The notes under the pieces: generated by a model | The model's input: only the letters and a program-made list of their open reading frames with translations | Databases searched by the model: none | What the model was told of the DNA's origin: nothing | Shown here: positions 27,431-38,617 of the stretch, piece after piece | Position numbering within the stretch: the first letter of the stretch is position 1 | How the letters are laid out: every line of letters starts with the position of its first letter | Position numbers and translations under genes: made by a program | Source of the DNA: Sphagnum compactum | Lineage: Eukaryota | DNA: 64,000 bases | Direction of reading: 5' to 3' | NCBI GenBank assembly: GCA_965153455.1 | Contig: OZ234493.1 | Span: 19,954,213 to 20,018,212 of the forward strand

Positions 27431-28214
27431 ATGTTGATTTTCAGCCTGATTTTATTTTTAAAATTCATGTAGAAACCAAGAGGTTCGAGAGTCTGCTTCT
27501 CAAATGTTTTTCTCATTTCTGAACTAAAATTTTCAATGTTTTACTCATTCCTTAACCAAATTGAGCAATTTACACGTCATAAAATGCGCAAACTGGAGGA
27601 TTTCAAATGTTCTTAGAGCATAAGAAGCAAAGGATTGACACAGAAAACACAGGAAAAGGATGAATCATAGTTTGCTTCAATTTTTTTTGAAAAAATAACT
27701 CTAGACCCCTCTCTAGATCCAGCTCCATATCTTTTTCATTTTTAGTCTGTTTTGAATGATTTAAAACATTATGGGTGCACCAACTACTGGTTTTACCAAA
27801 TTTCTTTGCATTCTAAAAACAAAGATGCAATGATCAAGTTTTAATTCATTCATCACCAAACACTAAACCCCTTTACACAAAACACCCCATATTTTTCTCA
27901 CTCTTTTATCGAATTTTGCAATTTTTGAAATGTTGGAAGCGCTAGGTGGAAGGCTACAAATTTTCTTTAAGCTTCAGAAGCAGAGAAACAATGTGAGGAT
28001 TCAAGGCCCTCCTATGACTTCTTAACTGTTCGCTCACCAGCCTACTTACCCTACCCAATTTGTGCATAACAGATAAGTGATGAGAACTGAAGGTGGGGTG
28101 GTCGCCATCGCAAAGGCACTAAACAACAATAACAAGAAGCTCTGGATATTAGTAAACTAATACTATAACCCCAGCAGACAGGGTTTAAAACACAGGCGAT
28201 CGCCATCGCTCCAT

Positions 28215-28805
28215 CGTCCTCTTCGTCTTGCCGACGAGATCGGCTTCGTCGCAATGTAAGTTTTACGACCTCTCTCTCCATTTTCCCTTCGCCTCTTGCA
28301 ACTGATTTTCTTCGTCGTGTCCTGTTTTTTCCCTGGTGGTGCTGAATCTTGGCATGAATTTTAGGATTTTCATTTTAGGTGGTGCTGAATCTTGGCATCC
28401 AGCGGCATCTATTGCTGATAGTCGAACCTCAGCCAATGCAGCGGAACGGTCATCCAATTCAGGATCATGGGCGAGCTATCCAAACCATGGCATAGTATAC
28501 GATCATACCTGCTGCTGCCGCCGCCGCCGCCGCCGCTACTGTTCCTGCTTCTTCCTTGTTGTGAAAATTGCAGGGACAATCAGTCAAGTGTGTGAGGCTC
28601 TGATTCAGGCCGCGAGGAGACAACACAACGCGGATAAGAACGTATCATGGAGCTTTACTACTACAAACGTGGCTGTGTGGAATTAGAAAGGCACATGTGA
28701 CCTTATTTTTATGTGGATGAGAAAACAGTGAAATATAACACACGCTGAGTTCAAGTGTACATTGTTGCAGTCTTTATACTAATCTCAGAGAGAGAGCTTA
28801 CATGG
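28215..28805 (+). pseudogene. Internally deleted inverted paralog of the EF-hand gene at 55.1-56.7 kb
   Basis: 28215-28335 is the reverse complement of about 56580-56715. 28399-28686 encodes ASIADSRTSANAAERSSNSGSWASYPNHGIVYDHT..., homologous to AFIADGTSSANAAKRSSTLGAWLSSPNNGIAYDDT. The 3' flank also matches 55143-55250. The start codon and EF-hand are missing. Confidence 0.85.
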
Positions 28806-30135
28806 ATTAAGCTTTCTTACATGTATTTTGTTCATTCTGAATTAAATTGTTAATCCTCAACTTTTCTAATTTCGTGATGGTTAGTTAGTATCAATTAATT
28901 TTTTTATTGAATTCGAGATAAAATATTGAAAACATCTACATATTTTGTTGACGATTCATTTTATGAGAAAAAATATTATTAATATTTAATGTTTGGCCAT
29001 ATACCTACCTAGTGTATAAAATTTGACTTGTGTAAAGGCTGATTTCCTACAGCATGATATATGTTAAGAGGACCATGTGGAGCAGTCTTTTTTTAAATTT
29101 TTTTTCAAATTTCACACAGCAACAACAAAACAAATCCCTGGCGAATTAAACAAAGGTTTTTTGTTTTTTTTGTAAAAAATGTGAAAAAGTCGCCATATTT
29201 TGAGCAGTGTTTTTTTTTGTCCCTCAATTTTCTCATGTTACACCAAAAGTGGTAGAATTGGCCAAAATGTGACTACAAAACAAATAGACATGTAGAAAAT
29301 TTACATGTTGGCAAACCAGTAGAACATGTGAGCTAAATATGGAAATTTAAAAATAAGAAGGCTTAAAATCTGCTCAACTTCTCCCAAGAAAATTGTTGCT
29401 GAAGAACCCATTCATTTTTTCCTTGAAATGTAGTGATTTTATTGGAATTTTTTTCAAAAGTTTCCTTGACCATGTGGCTAGACTGCTGACCATTTTTAAA
29501 AAATTCTTTCCCCATGAAAACAAAATGATTGCCCATCTCTTTTTCTTTTTCCCACCCCAACTATTTTTTTTCTTTTCTTTGGATGCTCGGTTGGCCAACC
29601 AGCTCAACCCAAGGATATCACAAAGAATGGCTCCAGGAATGTGCCCCACAATGCACGAAAAAGGGGCAAATTATTTCTTTACTTGGGCACTACTTATTCA
29701 CCTCCCATCAGTGGCAAAAATCATCATCATAGTAGCAAATGTGGGAAAGTGATCAACATGTGTCCACTATAATTCTACTTTGGCCTCTTTTTGGGAGTTT
29801 CTTCACCATCTCTACCTACATTATTTTGTACCATGTGTTGAGTAGTTTTTTGGGGTCGTCTTTTTGGGGGGAAGAATTTTTTTTCATATGTGGAGAAGAA
29901 GAGTTAGTGGAGGTGCTTTCATAAGTTTTTGGGCCTGGTTATTTGTTTGGCCTTTACTAGTGATAGACTGCAAAATTGTTAATTAAGAAGTACATTGCAA
30001 GACATATTCCATACAATGGAGTCCCATTTGGTGCAAAAGATGTTCATGTGACACCACTGGGTGAAGAATTCCTCCTCAATTCTCCCTTCCATGAAGGGGA
30101 TTTTTTTCCAATTTAGTGATGTAGCTCAAGTGATG

Positions 30136-31231
30136 TGTAACCAAAAAAGGAGGGTGCTAAACTTAAACGATCACCCTACAACCTGCTGGATCTACACACG
30201 ATCTGCAGTTTCTGAGGTTCTGAAACTAACTTCAACTCTTGATCCTTTCTTCCTAGTCACGAGCATTCGCTTGAACACACCCTGGAAACTTCTGCACATA
30301 CACAGCTTGTGCTCATGGACTTCCACAACCCTGATCACAGAACTTGAAACTTGTACTTTTATTTATAAAAAAAATCCAGGGACCACATACTTTCGACCTC
30401 TAGCAAGTTCATTACCGATCAGACGTCTGAGAAGGCATAACCTTTCAGATCAGAGACTCTCAGCACTCACTCAATCCAAAAACCTCCAATCTGCTCCTTC
30501 ACACAGTGCAACAAACTCAACCTCACAGATTCTCTTCTTTGCTGAAGTCTTCTGTTCTGTATGCTCACAAGCCTAATTGTACTCAGAAACCTCCAACACA
30601 GAAGCATCTGAGTTTAATCCTACCAGTACCCCTCGCTGAATCTAGCTCTCATGCAAATACATTCCACAGATTTTTGGTTTCAAAGCCCACTCTATCATCT
30701 TCTCGGACCATGCTCTATGAAGACAGAATGCAACTACCTGGCTGAGCTACTGGCGCAGTGGAAAATCTGTAACCAGCCAAGAGCTCTATCAATAATCCGA
30801 TCTCCTTTTCTGCCTACGCATCTCTCAATTCATCAATCACCCTCTGCATTAATCTCTCCTTTACTGCCTGCTTTTCTGAGAAAAAAAAATTGAGGGCCTC
30901 CTCCATAGCCCCACTCTTCAGCACCTCCTAACCGCCTCAGCCGCCGTCGTTCCAACCGCCTGAGCTCATAATTGCAGCTCCACTCCTCACCATAATTCCG
31001 CGCCGCCTCACTCACGCATGATCAGCTTTCATGCTCATTCAGTAGCAGCCGCCATGCATTCCTTCCTGTACAACATCTCACACACACCCAAAGAGAGATC
31101 TCCCCATGCACTCCCATGCAGTAGTAATGGAGAGACTTCCGCCAAAAAAAAGAAAACGGCTAATAAAGCAAACTTAAATCCCAAGATCAGACAGTGTTCA
31201 CACTGGCGTGGCGACCTAATTTCGTGTTACA
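30136..31231 (-). repeat. 3' LTR
   Basis: TGTAAC at 30136 to GTTACA at 31231; direct repeat of about 37528-38617 at an offset of 7386. Confidence 0.95.
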
Positions 31232-31237
31232 TATGTA

Positions 31238-31251
31238 ACCCCTCCATTCTT
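31238..31251 (-). other. Polypurine tract
   Basis: Minus strand reads AAAGAATGGAGGGG a few nucleotides before the 3' LTR. Confidence 0.7.
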
Positions 31252-31277
31252 TAAAAAGCTGAGTCCCTCAGCTTCAT

Positions 31278-32550
31278 TCAGTCCGTTGGTACGTGATAGA
31301 TCTGGAGATCCCGCCGAGACCTTTCCCACTGGTGTCCGTCAGCATCTTGAATGATGCACACTCGACTGCCGTCCTCAAAATCAAGGTCTCCTTTCCCATC
31401 GGCATGCCCAATGAACTGATATGGACCCTCCCAGCTTGCAGATAAAGCTCTTCTCTTTCCTCGTTTCTTCATCTTCACCATCGTCGCCCTTGCAACCAGT
31501 CCCTCAAACAGATGCTTACATTTTCGGGTGGCATAAGTCTTCCTTTGCTGTTTCTGTGCTTGCTCCACATTGAGCAAAACGCTTTCGTGGATGCTTGCAA
31601 TAAGCTCCATTTTCTGCAGAAATTATGCTGCAGCAACCTCCACATCCGCACCAGCATCAATCTCAGCAGTCAGAGCGTATAGGTAATTCTCTGCCCTGAG
31701 ACGTGGTGTGCGACCAGTCAAAATCATGAAGGGTGAAAACCTTGTACTAGCCTGGATCCCACATCGGTACCGAAGCAGAACCTTAGCCAGATCTCGTCCC
31801 AACAATCCACATTGCTTGGTGTTGCAGCAAGAACAGTGATGCCATGCTTGATGGTCTTGATTATGCGCTTCGCCATCCCATTGCATTGAGGCCACAGAGG
31901 TGCAGTGCGCTGATGCTGGATTCCGTAATTCTTGCACATCATCTCGAATTCTGCAGCCCATTCTCCACCATTGTCAGTGAGTACGAATTTGGGTACTCCA
32001 TACCTGCAAATGATGTCGTCTTCCAAGAATCTGGATGCAGTCTTAGCACTATGATCAGCAACCGCCTTTGCCTCGCACCACTTGGAATAGTGGTCGATGG
32101 CCACCAAAATGTATTTGTTTCCTGACTTAATTTCAGGCAATGGTCCTGCAGTGTCCAATGCAACTCTATGGATTAAGTCACAGATAGGAATGCTCTTCAA
32201 TTGCTCATCCCCAGAGCAGATACTACCTTCGCTCCTCACCAGTTGGCATTGTTGGCACCTTCTGACTACCCTCTTAACATCTTTAGTTCGATGATGCCAG
32301 AAGTACCTTCGACGGATCTCAGCCAACGTTCTCTGTTCCCCGAAATGCCCCAGGTCTTCATGCATTTGATTCACCAGGGATATCCTTTCCTCCGGCTTGG
32401 GCACAAGTTACCCCTTGAAGTAAAGCCTCTGCTCTTTCCAGTAGTAATTGCTCACCCTCTTTCTGGCCCTCTTGCTCTCCTCAAGGTCTACTGTATCGGG
32501 CAGTACACCTTCTTTCAATAATCCCAAACAAACTGCATCTTTCCAGATGT
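31278..32550 (-). pseudogene. Gypsy integrase (HHCC zinc finger + DDE core + GPY tail), frameshifted
   Basis: HEDLGHFG...CQQC; ALDTAGPL; LTDNGGEW; PQCNGMAKR; WEGPY. Split over ORFs 31724-32404, 31623-31961 and 31278-31610. Confidence 0.92.
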
Positions 32551-33386
32551 CAATGCACCTCGCATCCATTTCCTGATCTTCCTCCATCAGATTCAGTAGG
32601 ACTCAACTCATGGTCCCTAAACTCAGCTAGTTCCTGAGCCTCCAATACCAGGTCCAGTTGCTGCCGCTTGTCAAAGTACTGGGGTCTCCTTCTCTTCACC
32701 ACCATTCTCTCACCATCGTCCTGCATAAGCTCACCCCCATTTGCAGCTTCTGCTTCACCTGAAACAACCTCCTTGGGCTGCTCTTCTCCTGATACAACGT
32801 CAACTACATACAGCTGATGGCTGCCGTCATACCTACAGTGGTTAATCCCGAAACAACAGGTACGGTGTTGTACTAACTCCCTATCCCTTCTCCTGACACC
32901 GAGCCATTCTGTTTCCTTGCCTGTCCGAACACAGAGAAACTCCTCTTCTCCTCTATGTGCATCAGTTTGAGTGCCTGCAATGTCTTGTATCTCTTCACTG
33001 AAGTCATCGTCATCAGCAGCTGGTGCAACTGGATTCTTACTCAAAGCATCGACATTTGTATGCTTGAGTCCTGGTCGGTGTATTATCTTGAAGCTAAAAT
33101 CCTGTAACATATCTACCCACCTTTCTCTCCTGCCATGCGCATTTGACACCGTAGCCAACCATTCCAGCGGCTTGTGGTCTGTGCGTAGAATAAAATGATT
33201 TCTGTGCAAGTATTGCCTAAAATGCATGACACCCCAGATCAGCGCGTAGCATTCCCCTTCCATGGGATGGAACTTCCTTCGTGCCTCTGTCAGGCTCTTG
33301 CTGGCGTACGCTACCACCTTCTCAAACCTCCCTTCTTTCTGTGACAATATAGCTCCAACACCCTTGGGCGACCAGTCTACGTCCAG
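32550..33386 (-). pseudogene. Gypsy RNase H plus linker
   Basis: DWSPKGVGAILSQ...VAYASKSL...EGECYALIWGVMHFRQYL...LRTDHKPL...NVDALS. Confidence 0.92.
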
Positions 33387-34460
33387 CTAGAATGTTCTTT
33401 TGAAATCTGGTCGTGTGAGCACAGGCGCGCCCACCAGCGCTGCCTTTAATGCCTGGTATGCCTGTTGACAGCCCACATCCCACACAAATGCAACGTCCTT
33501 CCTTGTTAACTCAAACAAAGGACCTACCAATCTCGAGTAGCGTCGAATATACTTTCGATAGTAATCTGTCAGACCTAAGAACGACCTGACACTTGTGACT
33601 GTCTTCAATGTTGGGAAATGCAGAACTGCTTCGATTTTCCCAGGATCTGGTCTGGTGCCCTCCTTGCTTACCACATGGCCTAGAAATGTAATAGTCTTAG
33701 CAACAAAGCAACACTTGTTTGGGTTCAGTTTAAGATTCACTTCCCTGAGTTTGCAGAGAACTGTATCCAAATGTTGAAGATGCTCCCCCCAACTCTTGCT
33801 GTGTACATTGAGGTCATCAACGAATACCTTCAGAAACTTGCCGCCCAAATCCTTAAAGACCTCTGACATAGTTCGGGTGAACGTACTCGTTGCGTTCTTC
33901 AGTCCGAATGGCATAACCGTCCAGTCATACAATCCAGTCTTAGTAATCAGAGCGGTCTTCTTCATGTCCTCTGGAGCCATCCGAATTTGCCAAAAACCAG
34001 ATTGCAAATCTAAGGCAGTGAACCATGATGAGTTTCCCAGCTGATCAATCACATCCTCCACGAGTGGCATCGAAAATGAATCTCGACGCGTTTGTGCGTT
34101 AAGTGGCCGATAGTTTCCACAGAAACGCCTGCTCCCATCTTTCTTCACTAGCAGAGTCACCCGACAGGCATACTCAGAGTTGCTGGGCCTCATCTTACCC
34201 AAATTTACCAGGACATCTATTTGCCTTTTTACTTCAGCCTCCTCCCAGTAAGATAATCGACCAGGAGATGCTTTGCAAGGTGGGAATCCTTGCGTATCTA
34301 TACAATGCTCCCCAATGGTGCAACAGCCTAGTTCTCCCTTGTTCCAAGCAAAGACATCTTGGTACCGCTCCAGAATTCCCCAGATTTGCTGTTGTTCTTC
34401 ATCATCCAATCTGGTGTCTATCCTGATTCGCTGGCAGATCTCCCTCCACCTATTGTCCAT
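33387..34460 (-). pseudogene. Gypsy reverse transcriptase
   Basis: KKDGSRRFC, LDLQSGFWQI, MPFGLKNA, FVDD and FLGHVV motifs; an in-frame stop at 33387 separates it from RNase H. Confidence 0.95.
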
Positions 34461-35254
34461 TTCCTAATGGCTGAACGATGCCAATTGCTCAGCGGGTTTG
34501 TAATCAGGGTTACCATCTTTCACCCGGACAGTCGGCAACAGCACTGGAATCGGAGAATTGTGGTCAGGGCTGGGTTGCTGCAGCAGCAATGGAATAGGTG
34601 TATTATGCGTGGATTCATACATGGCCTGTCTGCCCTACTCTGCATCAGACACCCATCTGATCCAGTCTGCGTAATCATCCGCATCTGTGACCTCTTCAAC
34701 CATGAACCCATCAACCTGCTCTTGTAGCTCCAGTCATAGAATTTCTTGCGGCCCTTCTGAGCTCACCAATTCCTCCAACTCAGCATCTCCAAACTCATCC
34801 TCGCAATCACTTTGCTTCAACTGATTAGACTCCGAATCATAATATTCACTGCTATCAGTGCCAACATCAGAATCCGAGGTGTATGCATCGTCTTCCTTGG
34901 TCACAATCGTCTGATCTTGTTCTGGCATCCAGTCAGAACCTCCATTGGCGCGTGTGTCTTTCCAGGTGGTCGACGCCTTTTGTACCAGATCTCCCGAAAT
35001 CATCCTCTGCAGCAAATTCACCACCGTCAACGGCAACACCTCCACATTGGTCCCTGGACCACGTCTCACTTGTAGCAGACCTCGTTCTACATCCACAACT
35101 GCTCAATTTTCATCAGAAAGTCCAGTCCAAGCAGCACGTCGTAACTGTCTATGTCCACAACCATAAAGGTCATGGCGCACTATATGCCTCCTACCTTGAC
35201 TGGCATCTCATCAATTCGTCCTAAAGCCTGAGTGACCACTCCCGATGCGGTCTT

Positions 35255-36652
35255 CTAAGTTTCAGTTCCTGTCACAAGATGCATCAAGCCCAACTCTCTA
35301 ACTACAGCTACAGCCATAACAGACATGGAAGCTCCAGTATCCACTAGACCTTCAACAACATAGTTGCTGATCTCCACAAGCAAATGCAGAGTCTTGCTTC
35401 GATGGGTCTTGTTGATGCAGATCCTCCTCAGTGACGGAATCGCAGAAACCACTAACACTTGATTCTCAGTCGCTTCTGAATCCCTCTTTCGCCTTGCCAG
35501 CTTCACCAAACTCTCAAGGTGCTCCAGTTCACTAGGAATCATCAGAATGGTTTCCATAGGGGAGAGGGAAATCTTTCCCTTTATGAAGTGCGAAAGAATT
35601 TTGGACCTAACTGCAGTATCCCGGCTTGCACCAACTCCTTCTCCTACAGTTTCAGGGATCGGCACAGCCCCTCCCGGTGCTACTTCGACAGGAGTTCTCC
35701 TTCTCGGCACTCGGGTATAAGAGAAAAGGTTTTCATTACCACACAGCTTATTAAGCTGTTGCTCGGTCGCTGCCTCATCATTAAGCAACACTTCCAAGAA
35801 GTTTGTTGCCCCAAATTGCGATTTCCCATCCTTGGGCTTCTTCCAGCATCTGTCCTCCGAGTGTTCTAATCCTGCACAGAAAGAGCATTTTATCCCACAA
35901 TTCTCTGTCCTATGAAACATTCCACATTTGGCGCATTTCGGCCGTGGTTCATTAAGTCTTGGACACGTTGTGGCTATATGGTCTCCTCCCTTACAGATCT
36001 GGCACCCGCCGGACATGGTGGAAGAGGATGATGCGACAGAATTCGGCATATTCCTCTTGAAAAAGTTAACAAGTGTGTTGTCCAAAGCAGTCACCTGCTT
36101 CTCCATCATTGTTTCTTCGACTCCCTCTTCCTGCTCTTCCTTGAGAGGCTCGAATGGAGTCTCTCCTATCTCACCCAATACTCTCTCGAGCTCAGTGGCA
36201 GCTCCCACCTGCTCCTCAATGTCAGTGAATGTCCTTACTACACACAATTTTCGAATTTCAGGCCTCAACCTGGCCAAAAACCTCCTTCTTTGTTCAGCGT
36301 TGGGTATCCTCCCCCTTTGAAACAACTTGTCGAGACGTTCAAAATACTTTTGAACTCGCTCCTTGGGTTCCTGCTTGATAGCATCAAGCTTCATCCTGAT
36401 GTCATCAGCGTCCACATCTCCATACTTCTGCACGATCAGGGTCTTCAATTCAGCCCAATCGGCTGTTGCCGGCTGCAACCTCTTGAACCACTCCTTGGCT
36501 CGACCCCTCATATTCAACTTGGCAATCTTGAAGAGCTTGTCTCCATTCAGGTCTCGCACTTCAGCAGCCATGGTAAGTCGCTCCGCCCAATCATTAACAT
36601 CCTCATGGTCTCGTCCCCAGAACAGCTCATCCATTCCCTGGGGACTAGTCAT
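35255..36652 (-). pseudogene. Gypsy gag with CCHC knuckles and aspartic protease
   Basis: Likely ATG at 36652; retrotransposon gag (EDVNDW...RGRAKEWF...KQEPKERVQKY); knuckles CQICKGGDHIATTC and CSFCAGLEHSEDRC; protease LVDTGAS; premature TAG inside the protease. Confidence 0.92.
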
Positions 36653-36873
36653 TTTGCAAACGTTCAGCTGCACACCACAATTGCATACACTCCACACACG
36701 GTTCCTCAAATCATAATCAAATAACAACAAAATTGATCAGCTTCTCAGCCGCTTCTGTTCATGTTTGATTTTGAGAAAGACAAACATCACCCGAGCCACT
36801 CTGTAAAGTTAGACTGAGCTCCCTCAGCCACTGGTCTCAAAGGTATAACATTAGAAGCAAAAGTGGAAAAACT

Positions 36874-37453
36874 CTACTCATTTGCAGATTCTTGTTGGAA
36901 TTGCCATTCTCCCTCTTGGTTGCGCCATATCCTCCAGCTTATGAGGCGAGATCTCGATCCACCATGCTCCACCCTGAGTAGGCGATCTCCCTCCTGAAAC
37001 AAATCTTCCACACCAAGAATATACAATCTGACAAAATGGTTAGGCGTTGCAGAAAGCTTGGGAATCCAGATGTCCCCTAGCTTGGGTACACTACGCTGCC
37101 TTTCAGCAAATAAAGGCGTTACCCTACGCAAGATAGGAAGTGTAGTAGTACTGCGTCTGTAACTGTGAGGTTGATGCCCATCCCCTTGCTCCATTGCTCA
37201 CCTTCAACCAAACTTGAGCGCGAGTATAAAAACCACTATGAGCTACTTCTATTGTTATATCTCCAACTCGAGCTTCAGCTGCATCTACTCCTACCAGAGT
37301 TACTATTCCAAATCCCAGGAAACGCAGGACTATAGCTCCTCTCTGGGGTCCATTCTGCAAAGTCAGAAAATTGAACCTATTGACGAGCTGTTGTTCACGA
37401 ATCTCCTGTGTCAACTCTTCTACATCACCCTCATCTGCACTAGGCGAAGACAT
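36874..37453 (-). other. Extra sense ORF upstream of gag (about 190 aa if one frameshift near 37150 is corrected), unknown function
   Basis: ATG at 37453, about 65 nt after the PBS. Overlapping ORFs 37124-37453 and 36874-37194 join with a single frameshift. Confidence 0.55.
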
Positions 37454-37518
37454 GATGCTTCAATTATCATTCTACCTAAGCCTCCACAGGTTCTACCGAA
37501 GCTATCAGATCGGAACTA

Positions 37519-37530
37519 GCTCTGATACCA
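37519..37530 (-). other. Primer-binding site complementary to the 3' end of initiator tRNA-Met
   Basis: Minus strand reads TGGTATCAGAGC. Confidence 0.92.
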
Positions 37531-38617
37531 AAAAGGAGGGTGCTAAACTTAAACGATCACCCTACAACCTGCTGGATCTACACACGATCTGCAGTTTCTG
37601 AGGTTCTGAAACTAACTTCAACTCTTGATCCTTTCTTCCTAGTCACGAGCATTCGCTTGAACACACCCTGGAAACTTCTGCACATACACAGCTTGTGCTC
37701 ATGGACTTCCACAGCCCTGATCACAGAACTTGAAACTTGTACTTTTATTTATAAAAAAAATCCAGGGACCACATACTTTCGGCCTCTAGCAAGTTCATTA
37801 CCGATCAGACGTCTGAGAAGGCATAACCTTTCAGATCAGAGACTCTCAGCACTCACTCAATCCAAAAACCTCCAATCTGCTCCTTCACACAATGCAACAA
37901 ACTCAACCTCACAGATTCTCTTCTTTGCTGAAGTCTTCCGTTCTGTATGCTCACAAGCCTAATTGTACTCAGAAACCTCCAACACAGAAGCATCTGAGTT
38001 TAATCCTACCAGTACCCCTCGCTGAATCTAGCTCTCATGCAAATACATTCCACAGATTTTTGGTTTCAAAGCCCACTCTATCATCTTCTCGGACCATGCT
38101 CTATGAAGACAGAATGCAACTACCTGGCTGAGCTACTGGCGCAGTGGAAAATCTGTAACCAGCCAAGAGCTCTATCAATAATCCGATCTCCTTTTCTGCC
38201 TACGCATCTCTCAATTCATCAATCACCCTCTGCATTAATCTCTCCTTTACTGCCTACTTTTCTGAGAAAAAAAAATTGAGGGCCTCCTCCATAGCCCCAC
38301 TCTTCAGCACCTCCTAACCGCCTCAGCCGCCGTCGTTCCAACCGCCTGAGCTCATAATTGCAGCTCCACTCCTCACCATAATTCCGCGCCGCCTCACTCA
38401 CGCATGATCAGCTTTCATGCTCATTCAGTAGCAGCCGCCATGCATTCCTTCCTGTACAACATCTCACACACACCCAAAGAGAGATCTCCCCATGCACTCC
38501 CATGCAGTAGTAATGGAGAGACTTCCGCCAAAAAAAAGAAAACGGCTAATAAAGCAAACTTAAATCCCAAGATCAGACAGTGTTCACACTGGCGTGGCGA
38601 CCTAATTTCGTGTTACA
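37528..38617 (-). repeat. 5' LTR
   Basis: Copy of about 30141-31231 with about 5 substitutions seen by eye, all transitions. Confidence 0.95.

Noticed and set aside
30061..31254. Set of ORFs duplicated at 37540-38640
   Set aside because: They lie inside the LTRs, mostly antisense to the element. The duplication only reflects LTR identity, and no domains are recognisable.
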